Assembly: GCA_017441005.1 (NCBI GenBank)
Contig: JAFSAM010000058.1
Coordinates: 8,311 to 72,310, forward strand
DNA length: 64,000 bases
Source: Clostridia bacterium
GTDB taxonomy: Bacteria; Bacillota; Clostridia; Oscillospirales; CAG-272
Reading direction: 5' to 3'
The notes under the pieces were generated by a model that was not told the origin of the DNA, made no database searches, and saw nothing but the letters and a program-made list of their open reading frames with translations. Below, one piece after another: positions 1 to 6,509 of the stretch; the first letter of the stretch is position 1, and every line of letters starts with the position of its first letter. Position numbers and translations under genes: made by a program.

Positions 1-1034
1 AGGTATCCGGTCTCTTTTTTTAGTGTGCCGTCAAAAGAGTAATCATAATTGTAGTATTCACTAAGATTTACTCCGTCACTATAAAAAGATTTCTTAATGC
101 ATTTATCTGAGCCGAGAAAAGGATCAAATTCTTCGACGTATTTGGAGATAGTACCGTTTGGATCCTCGGGGAAGTAGGTGTGTACAGCGGACGAAAGATA
201 TTTAGGTGTATCGGGATTGCCTATCTCCACCTCCGAATAGACGTACTCGATCAGGGTGTGACGGAACATTGTTTTCGGATTGTAGTATTCAGCTTTTATC
301 GGGGTGTAGTTTTTGTCTCTGTAGAATGCGTGTATTTCTACAGCGTCGGAGTAGTTTACCTGATTGTATTCTTCGTCAAGATAATATGTATCGACGATCG
401 AGCCGTCGGGTAAGTATGAGGTGTGCTCATATATTCCGTCATCATTGGGAGAGAAGCGTACTACTACAGTGCCGTCTTCAAGATATGTAACGTCTTCCTT
501 GTTTGCCAATGCACCGCTGGGGAGGGTAACCTGTTCGACATCGGGTTTTGTTTCCTCTACTACTTCTTCACTGTAAAGGGGATCAAGAAGAACCAACATC
601 ATATTTCCGTTTTCGTCGGATTGTATTTCAAATTTTCCGGGAAGCTTTTGACCGTTTACAATAACCGAGTTTCCTTTTATAATGATCTCATTGCCGTCCC
701 CGTCAACGAATAAGTTGTCATCACCGTCGCTTTTTTCCAAAATAATACTGCCGCCGGGGAAATATGAAACGTCTCCGTTTCCGTCTCCGTTGATGATAAT
801 GCCCGACATTCCGCCGGGATAGTACGAAACTCCGCCGTTACCGTCGCCGTTTACAATGATCCCGGACACACCACCCGGGTATTCTCCGTTTTGAGCATCA
901 TTTTCGATGTATTCATCATTAGCCGCCTCGCCGCCCATAGAAGCATTAAAGCTTCGATTGCACGATGACATTAAAATCAGTGCAAGCAGAGCAGAGAAGA
1001 GAATCAATGCTCTTTTGAGTGTGTTATATTTCAT
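1..1034 (-). CDS. Secreted lipoprotein of unknown function (N-terminus in window, C-terminus runs off the left edge)
   Basis: ATG at 1034-1032, 7 nt after an AGGAG RBS (rc of 1042-1046). N-terminus MKYNTLKRALILFSALLALILMSSC is a signal peptide plus lipobox Cys. Frame stays open to position 1. Contains tandem ~21-aa repeats (PGG.SGII.NGDGNG.VSY). Absent from the ORF track because it is truncated. Confidence 0.75.
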   Translation of the reverse strand, partial: MKYNTLKRALILFSALLALILMSSCNRSFNASMGGEAANDEYIENDAQNGEYPGGVSGIIVNGDGNGGVSYYPGGMSGIIINGDGNGDVSYFPGGSIILEKSDGDDNLFVDGDGNEIIIKGNSVIVNGQKLPGKFEIQSDENGNMMLVLLDPLYSEEVVEETKPDVEQVTLPSGALANKEDVTYLEDGTVVVRFSPNDDGIYEHTSYLPDGSIVDTYYLDEEYNQVNYSDAVEIHAFYRDKNYTPIKAEYYNPKTMFRHTLIEYVYSEVEIGNPDTPKYLSSAVHTYFPEDPNGTISKYVEEFDPFLGSDKCIKKSFYSDGVNLSEYYNYDYSFDGTLKKETGY

Positions 1035-1150
1035 TGTGACTCTCCTTAACCATATTAATATATAAAAATATTATCATATAAAACCCGAAAAGTCAAGCCG
1101 ATTATATCTCCGATAAATACAAAGATTTTTAAGATTATTCAAATTATATC

Positions 1151-1179
1151 TTGACATTCATATAAAAAAATGATAAAAT
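1151..1179 (+). promoter_or_regulatory. Sigma-A-type promoter of tRNA-Leu(CAG)
   Basis: TTGACA (1151-1156), 17-nt spacer, TAAAAT (1174-1179) with TGn extended -10. About 50 nt upstream of the tRNA. Confidence 0.55.
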
Positions 1180-1231
1180 AATTAGGTCAGTTTGTTGGAC
1201 TATGTGTCAATCTAACCGACAAAAATAATAT

Positions 1232-1318
1232 GCAGGTGTGGCGGAATTGGCAGACGCGCTAGATTCAGGTTCTAGTGAAAGCGATTTCATGTGGGTTCAA
1301 GTCCCGTCACCTGCACCA
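1232..1318 (+). tRNA. tRNA-Leu (anticodon CAG), CCA encoded
   Basis: Acceptor GCAGGTG/CACCTGC. Anticodon stem CTAGA/TCTAG with loop TTCAGGT (CAG). Long variable arm, T-loop GGTTCAAGTCC, discriminator A, CCA. 87 nt. Confidence 0.93.
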
Positions 1319-1323
1319 AAACG

Positions 1324-1360
1324 AAAATCCTGTCGACGAATGTCGATGGGATTTTTGTTT
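1324..1360 (+). terminator. Rho-independent terminator directly after tRNA-Leu(CAG)
   Basis: AAAATCCTGTCGAC (1324-1337) pairs with GTCGATGGGATTTT (1342-1355, with G-T wobbles), GAAT loop, then a T-run. Confidence 0.6.
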
Positions 1361-1470
1361 TGTATTGTTCATTTTTCATTATTCAATATTCATCATTCAT
1401 TCGACAGGATTTTCAATGAATAATGAACGATGAAATCGCTTACGCTGATGAATAATGAATAATTTTGGCT
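1361..1470. repeat. AT-rich block of opposed short repeats, with a second copy of the terminator 3' arm
   Basis: Forward TTCATT/ATTCAT words at 1367-1402. TCGACAGGATTTT (1401-1413) is the perfect complement of 1324-1336. Reverse-complement words AATGAATAATGAAC (1415-1428) and GATGAATAATGAATAAT (1447-1463). GATGAAATC at 1429-1437. Confidence 0.6.
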
Positions 1471-1556
1471 ACGAAAAAAGCATTTGTATTCTCTTATTTA
1501 TAAATTCGTTAGTTCAATCTTATACAGTACGGACTGCTATTTTATGCTACCCTTTC

Positions 1557-1600
1557 AAAATCACGGAATACTCGTTAGAGTGTGCCGTGATTTTTTGTTT
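1557..1600 (+). terminator. Rho-independent terminator-like hairpin
   Basis: AAAATCACGG (1557-1566) pairs with CCGTGATTTT (1585-1594), then a T-run. Confidence 0.5.
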
Positions 1601-1699
1601 TATCAAGAGAAACGGGGCTTGAAGGAGAAGCGGGAGTGAATTGACAGTCCGGTGGACTGTCAAGAGCCGCCAGACCTCGTCGCGTAGGTCGCGCGAGAC

Positions 1700-1723
1700 C
1701 AAGTCCCGTCACCTGCACCAAAA
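1700..1723 (+). repeat. Orphan copy of the 3' end of tRNA-Leu(CAG) (att-like direct repeat)
   Basis: CAAGTCCCGTCACCTGCACCAAAA is 24/24 identical to 1298-1321. Upstream sequence cannot form the remainder of a tRNA (no 5' acceptor strand, no T-stem partner). Confidence 0.85.
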
Positions 1724-1758
1724 ACGGAGCAGCGAAAAAATCGTTGTTCCGTTTTTTT
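1721..1758 (+). terminator. Rho-independent terminator after the orphan tRNA 3' end
   Basis: AAAACGGAGCAGCGA pairs with TCGTTGTTCCGTTTT (G-T wobbles), followed by TTTTTTT. Confidence 0.6.
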
Positions 1759-1820
1759 GATATAAAATACTATTGTTTAGTTTTTTTATTTTAAAATGAC
1801 AGATTGGTTGTACAAGAAAA

Positions 1821-1893
1821 TTGTTGTAAATTGCGAAAGTTTGTGTTATAATATCTGTAGATAATTCGTAATTATGGGTATATATTACAAAAT
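1821..1893 (+). repeat. Promoter-bearing repeat, copy 1 (70/73 identical to 4360-4432)
   Basis: TTGTAA (1824-1829), 17 nt, TATAAT (1847-1852). The 73-nt segment aligns with 4360-4432 with 3 mismatches. Confidence 0.8.
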
Positions 1894-2038
1894 GAGAATC
1901 AATACTAATGTGAGCCAACATGATTATCTTTTAGATTGTAACACCGAGTACGGCAAAATAACATGTTTTAGGGGTATGATTCAGTTCAGAAATGACTATA
2001 CTACAACTTATAGCAGATTATTTATGTTTAGTTCTTAA
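1894..2038 (+). pseudogene. Internally deleted paralogue of the 4485-5000 lipoprotein gene (only the C-terminal ~47 codons remain, fused to the promoter repeat)
   Basis: Translation ..INTNVSQHDYLLDCNTEYGKITCFRGMIQFRNDYTTTYSRLFMFSS* aligns with the C-terminus RINTTASQVDYLLDCAPESGSITNFKGLVQFRDDYTATYNRILMFKF* of 4485-5000. The ~425 bp between promoter repeat and this point are missing. Confidence 0.75.
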
Positions 2039-2121
2039 AAAGCCTGTTATGTTTAGCAGACACAATTCCTTTAAGTGAATATTACAGTTATAGTAAGATA
2101 TTTATATTAGGAGGTACATAT

Positions 2122-2613
2122 ATGAACAAATCATTTACTTTCGATTCGCTTCCCAAAAATTTGGCAGATTTACAGTCAATGCAGGAGGCGGTACTTACAG
2201 ATCCTTTTCAAACGGCGGCTTTAACCATTTGCGCACTGTGCGCTTATGCCGAAGATAAGACTGCGGGTACCGAAATGCTTAACTGGCTCCGTGGCCCCCG
2301 ACCTCTCGGTCCATTCGATATTTCCTTTTTAAATGACCGTTTCCGTGACGGAAAGTATGTGATCTATTCCTATTTCGCAGGCGCTATCCCTGACAACGAT
2401 TATACTCCCGTACGTCCTTTTACACTTACTTTTGAAGAAGGTCCGTATGCGGATGCAAATCCCGGCTATAAAAAGCTTCATATTCGCAGCGGCGGAGCAG
2501 ACAGCGCACGTGAAGTTGTACTGCGTCGTAAAGGTGACGGAACTTGGTTGCTTTGGGATCAGTTCCTTCTGGTAAGCATACGTCAACCTAAATCAGCTGA
2601 CCCATGGGCATAA
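2122..2613 (+). CDS. Hypothetical cytoplasmic protein (163 aa)
   Basis: ATG 7 nt after AGGAGG. No signal peptide. Followed by a terminator at 2683-2718. I cannot assign a family by eye. Confidence 0.7.
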   Translation: MNKSFTFDSLPKNLADLQSMQEAVLTDPFQTAALTICALCAYAEDKTAGTEMLNWLRGPRPLGPFDISFLNDRFRDGKYVIYSYFAGAIPDNDYTPVRPFTLTFEEGPYADANPGYKKLHIRSGGADSAREVVLRRKGDGTWLLWDQFLLVSIRQPKSADPWA

Positions 2614-2682
2614 ATGTATCGTGCAGCATTTGTTTTTTTTAAGCTGATATTATAATGTTGAAATACTGAAATTTTCAACTAA

Positions 2683-2718
2683 AAACGACAATTCTCGGTT
2701 TGAGATTGTCGTTTTTTA
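2683..2718 (+). terminator. Rho-independent terminator
   Basis: AAACGACAATTCTC pairs with GAGATTGTCGTTT (13 bp, one bulge), then TTTT. Confidence 0.7.
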
Positions 2719-2774
2719 TAATAAATGTAACGTTTACGCTATTTTCTAATCTAATAAGTGAAGGTGGTGAGGGT

Positions 2775-3254
2775 GTGCCGGATTTTGAAATGGTGTTTCG
2801 CGACCATAATCAGTTTATTTTTCGTTTTTTGATGAAAATGTGCGGGGATGTATCCTTAGCAGAGGAACTAACTCAGGAAACATTTTTTCGGGCGTATATG
2901 AACTTATCATCTCTGAGAAATGAAGAAAAAGTAGCTGTATGGCTGTGCCAAATTGCAAAAAATACATACTTTGCTTGGTTTAATGAACAGAAAAGATATC
3001 GGCCGATTTCACACCCAATATCTTCGGATAGCACACCTGACATTGCCGAGCTTTTCGAGGAAAAGGAACTTGCAGGCAGGGCACTTTCCGTCTTGCATAC
3101 CCTGAATGAGCCATATAAAGAGGTGTTTATGCTTTCTGTTTTTGGCGGGCTGTCTTTAAAAGATATTAGCGGGATGTTTGGAAAAAGTGAAAGCTGGGCT
3201 CGCGTTACTTACTATCGTGCAAAGCAAAAAATTATGGAAGGATTGGGTCAATAA
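2775..3254 (+). CDS. ECF-type (sigma-70 family) RNA polymerase sigma factor
   Basis: Region-2-like LAEELTQETFFRAY and region-4-like EVFMLSVFGGLSLKDISGMFGKSESWARVTYYRAKQKI. GTG at 2775 is 7 nt after AAGGTGG. The track start (2700) lies inside the upstream terminator. ATG 2790 is an alternative start. Confidence 0.85.
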   Translation: MPDFEMVFRDHNQFIFRFLMKMCGDVSLAEELTQETFFRAYMNLSSLRNEEKVAVWLCQIAKNTYFAWFNEQKRYRPISHPISSDSTPDIAELFEEKELAGRALSVLHTLNEPYKEVFMLSVFGGLSLKDISGMFGKSESWARVTYYRAKQKIMEGLGQ

Positions 3255-3255
3255 T

Positions 3256-3837
3256 ATGAACTGCAATATAATAAAAGATTTGCTGCCTTTATATGTAGAT
3301 GAATGTTGTTCGGAAGAAAGTGCAAAACTTGTTGCTGAGCATCTTGCGATTTGCCAAAGCTGTGCACAAGTATATAGCCAAATGTGTGAAACAGTTCATC
3401 CTCAGAAAGATACACCGAAAGATGTACATTTGCATCGTATCAGCAATTGGAAAGCATCTTTTCTTCAATCGGTGATGCTATTTGTCTCGTTTGCAATCAT
3501 TACGTTGGGGGTAATTTTAGAGGGTAGCACCCCGACCGGACAAACAAATGGATTGTGGGCGGTTACGTTGATCGTTCCTGCAACCGGACACCTGCTGTCA
3601 CTTGCAAATTGGTTTTTTGTCCGCGTTTATAAAAGTAGGAAAATGTTCTCTTTCGGCTCTTGCATTGCAACGTTAACCATTACGCTGTTGGGATATGTTT
3701 GGGCGATAATCCACTACGCAGGCGAGATGGTGATGTCTTCGCCGCTGGTGTGGTGTGGTGTGGTGCTGTCTGCCGTGTTGTGCGTTTTATCAAAGGTATT
3801 GTCTAACCAATATGCGCTGCTGTTAGGAAGGGAGTGA
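3256..3837 (+). CDS. Anti-sigma factor, zinc-finger (zf-HC2-like) with membrane-spanning C-terminal half
   Basis: Starts 1 nt after the sigma stop codon. N-terminus has CC...HLAICQSC (H-x3-C-x2-C). Several hydrophobic helices follow. Position immediately after an ECF sigma gene. Confidence 0.8.
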   Translation: MNCNIIKDLLPLYVDECCSEESAKLVAEHLAICQSCAQVYSQMCETVHPQKDTPKDVHLHRISNWKASFLQSVMLFVSFAIITLGVILEGSTPTGQTNGLWAVTLIVPATGHLLSLANWFFVRVYKSRKMFSFGSCIATLTITLLGYVWAIIHYAGEMVMSSPLVWCGVVLSAVLCVLSKVLSNQYALLLGRE

Positions 3838-3841
3838 GAAT

Positions 3842-4318
3842 ATGCTGAAAAAAGGATTAGCCCTGCTTTTGGCGATAATCATGCTGTTTTCACTGTCTGG
3901 GTGCTCAGATATCTTGGGTGAAGCTTTTTTCCTTTTCCTTGTCGCAACAGGAGATGATAGAGCCGATAAAGACGAGGTTTTTGATTTCGTGAGCGAGAAT
4001 GAGGAAGAACTGCTTAAGGCAATTGAAGCTGGAGATTATTCCGCATTTGAAAATCAAGGTTTTATTAAAGACATAGATGCAGATGAAACAGTTGTTGATT
4101 TTTCCTGCGGTGGTGCCGGTGTAGGTTCGGGTACCTCTTATGTAGGTTTCTATTATACCTCGGAAAACGATATGGCTGCTGTGTGGTGCGCACCGTCGTC
4201 TGCCAGTGCGTTGGCTCCTTCCGGAAACGGATTTGAGTGGCAAGAACCCAATGGAGATGATCGGTATTATACAGAGCATATCTGTGGAAATTTCTATTAT
4301 TATGAGGCTTCGTTTTAA
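3842..4318 (+). CDS. Lipoprotein, unknown function
   Basis: MLKKGLALLLAIIMLFSLSGC has a lipobox LSGC. RBS GGGAGTGA upstream. Same operon as the sigma/anti-sigma pair. Confidence 0.75.
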   Translation: MLKKGLALLLAIIMLFSLSGCSDILGEAFFLFLVATGDDRADKDEVFDFVSENEEELLKAIEAGDYSAFENQGFIKDIDADETVVDFSCGGAGVGSGTSYVGFYYTSENDMAAVWCAPSSASALAPSGNGFEWQEPNGDDRYYTEHICGNFYYYEASF

Positions 4319-4359
4319 GGTGAAGTCACCTGTCGCGATTTTAGATAATGTAAAGAAAC

Positions 4360-4432
4360 TTGTTATAAATTGCGAAAGTTTATGTTATAATATTTGTAGA
4401 TAATTCGTAATTATGGGTATATATTACAAAAT
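4360..4432 (+). repeat. Promoter-bearing repeat, copy 2
   Basis: 70/73 identical to 1821-1893. -10 TATAAT at 4386-4391, -35 degraded to TTATAA. Confidence 0.8.
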
Positions 4433-4484
4433 ATAAGACTAGTCATAATGATTATTTTTCTCGTAATTCATAAAATTACTCATT

Positions 4485-5000
4485 GTGCGTCAGTTGTGTA
4501 ATAAGTATCTAAAAACATTAGGATATGACCATTTGATTAAGATTTTTAAAAGTTTTTTTGCAGTGATTTTATTGGCATTGATTTTGTTTACCAATATGTC
4601 AGCGTGTAGCTCTCAAAACACTGAACTTGACAAAAAGCTCACAGAGTCACTGTGTTCTTCTTCGTGGACCAGCGGATTTGTCCGCTGGAGCGATGATAAC
4701 GATTCGGGAAAAGTAGAATGGTTGTACACCTTCAATGAGGATGGCACAGGCACGCGTTTAGATTATTATTCTTTTGATGGTGACGTTTCTCAGAATAATC
4801 ATGGACCTTGGGACATCAAGTATAAATTTATCCATAAAAACGGTAAGGTTTACTTACGTATCAATACTACTGCGAGTCAAGTTGACTATCTTTTAGACTG
4901 TGCCCCCGAAAGCGGCAGCATTACAAATTTTAAGGGGCTCGTACAGTTCAGAGATGACTATACTGCAACTTATAACAGAATTCTTATGTTTAAGTTTTGA
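4485..5000 (+). CDS. Lipoprotein, unknown function (intact paralogue of 1894-2038)
   Basis: Signal peptide ending LFTNMSAC (lipobox). The GTG start at 4485 is uncertain; TTG at 4533 would give a more typical signal peptide. Terminator follows at 5040-5070. Confidence 0.7.
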   Translation: MRQLCNKYLKTLGYDHLIKIFKSFFAVILLALILFTNMSACSSQNTELDKKLTESLCSSSWTSGFVRWSDDNDSGKVEWLYTFNEDGTGTRLDYYSFDGDVSQNNHGPWDIKYKFIHKNGKVYLRINTTASQVDYLLDCAPESGSITNFKGLVQFRDDYTATYNRILMFKF

Positions 5001-5039
5001 TAGGATGTTGCACTTGATAGTATAATTCACCTAATGAAA

Positions 5040-5070
5040 TAAAAAATGCACACATAATGTGTGCATTTTT
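5040..5070. terminator. Bidirectional rho-independent terminator between convergent genes
   Basis: AAAAAATGCACACA-TAA-TGTGTGCATTTTTT is a perfect 14-bp stem with A-run and T-run flanks. Confidence 0.8.
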
Positions 5071-5087
5071 TGGGTTGTTGTGATGTT

Positions 5088-6299
5088 TTATAAGTCATAT
5101 CTAAAGGAGTTTCTGTACTCTCCCGCACATTTGAAATCCTTTACAAGATTAATTTCTTTGCCCTCGTTTCCCGAAGTGCATACAAAGAGATTGAATGTAT
5201 ACTGTGTATTTTCCTTAAAGTTGAAGCAAGAAAAATCGAGGTTTTCGAGATCGTACTCGGGATTGTGATAGCTTCTCTTGTAGTTTATTGCCATAGGAAG
5301 AATGTCTTTTATGGTATAAATGGTTGCACCGTCTGTAATTTCAGCTCTTGCAAAAATGATCTGTCTGTTGGATTTGATCTTACCGCTGATTTTTTTCTCT
5401 GTAAAGAGTGTATCGATTACGGCATCTTCAAGGTAGGTGTTTTCTTCTCCGTTATCTCCGGATACAAGCTCGGGAAGGGTAATGGGGAGGTCAGCGCCTT
5501 TGTAAAGATCGATGAACTTCCATTCGTGCTCCTGCATGGAGGCCTTTATGGGGCCCTTGATGTAACGTCTCGCTGCACCGCCGGCTTGGTCGAGAAGCTT
5601 AACATAGCTTATATCCATATTGATGATCTTTTCGCCGTTTTCGAGCGTCTTGTATTCAACGTAAGGCTCACCTACAACAAGTCTGATATGGCGTGCATTG
5701 CTCTTGATAGACTTAACGTGTGTTACAGCATCACCGGGGCGAAGCTGTGCATAGGCTCTTGCCATAACCTGTTCGCCGTTTTCTGCACAGATAAGGTCTG
5801 TATTGTAACCGTGCTCCTTGTTACAAACGTATTCGCCTACGGGAATTACACAAGCACCTTCAAAGGGAACAGTATTTTTGCAGAACTGTAATTGCTGCAT
5901 TTTTTCGTTGTTGTTTATAGCTGAATTCCAAGCGATCTGAACAGCTCCCATACAGTCGTTGCCGGGGAAGGTAAATGCATTCTGAATTGAGGTTTCAAGT
6001 ATTTCTCCGCCGATTGCTTTGAGGGCAGCAACGGAATCGATTTTGTCCAAATCTTCTTCTGTGCCTGGGAAAGGAATATATGCACCTACACGCTTTTCAT
6101 TGAAAGTTTCGGCATTTGTCATATTACCGTTTATGTAAGGAGGTCCGAAATAGGTCACTCCTTTGCGGTATACGCAAAGCTGAGAGGTACAACCGCCTTT
6201 TCCGGGGTTGTAGGTTACAAAGTTATCGTCGGGTGTCCATTCGATCGTTGCCATTTTTTTCATATAGTCAACGACTTTTTTACGCAAAGGATTAAGCAT
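5088..6299 (-). CDS. Hypothetical cytoplasmic protein, possible papain-fold (NlpC/P60-like) Cys/His hydrolase
   Basis: ATG 6299 is 9 nt after GGAG; the track TTG at 6326 has no RBS. No signal peptide. The FPGNDCMGAV (Cys) and GDAV...ARHIRLVVG (His) arrangement resembles NlpC/P60. This is a motif-level guess only. Confidence 0.6.
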   Translation of the reverse strand: MLNPLRKKVVDYMKKMATIEWTPDDNFVTYNPGKGGCTSQLCVYRKGVTYFGPPYINGNMTNAETFNEKRVGAYIPFPGTEEDLDKIDSVAALKAIGGEILETSIQNAFTFPGNDCMGAVQIAWNSAINNNEKMQQLQFCKNTVPFEGACVIPVGEYVCNKEHGYNTDLICAENGEQVMARAYAQLRPGDAVTHVKSIKSNARHIRLVVGEPYVEYKTLENGEKIINMDISYVKLLDQAGGAARRYIKGPIKASMQEHEWKFIDLYKGADLPITLPELVSGDNGEENTYLEDAVIDTLFTEKKISGKIKSNRQIIFARAEITDGATIYTIKDILPMAINYKRSYHNPEYDLENLDFSCFNFKENTQYTFNLFVCTSGNEGKEINLVKDFKCAGEYRNSFRYDL

Positions 6300-6460
6300 A
6301 ATTTTAAACTCCTTTTTTGTTTGCAAGATAAGACTTGCATTTTTTGTTTTTCACAATTTTATTATATAACTCAAGCTTATATGTTTCAAGAGACTATGTT
6401 AAGTTTTTATTGTTAAATGTTGTATTATTTTAAGGTGTTTAGTGTTTTGCAGTAAAAGAT

Positions 6461-6507
6461 AAAACTCCGAAAAAGCGAGATAATGAAGTCGTTTTTCGGA
6501 GTTTTTT
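6461..6507 (-). terminator. Rho-independent terminator after 6510-7679
   Basis: AAAACTCCGAAAAA (6461-6474) pairs with TTTTTCGGAGTTTT (6493-6506). Confidence 0.7.
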
Positions 6508-6509
6508 AA

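Noticed and set aside
1612-1723. A second tRNA or a tmRNA gene ending at ..ACCTGCACCA
   Set aside because: There is no 5' acceptor strand complementary to CACCTGC. The T-stem partner of CCCGT is missing (GAGACC instead of GTGGG), there is no D or anticodon arm, and there is no tmRNA-like tag reading frame. Only the last 24 nt match the tRNA.
2700-2774. Upstream TTG start for the ECF sigma gene
   Set aside because: The first 20 nt lie within the terminator hairpin at 2683-2718 and the encoded peptide is hydrophobic junk. GTG 2775 has an AAGGTGG RBS.
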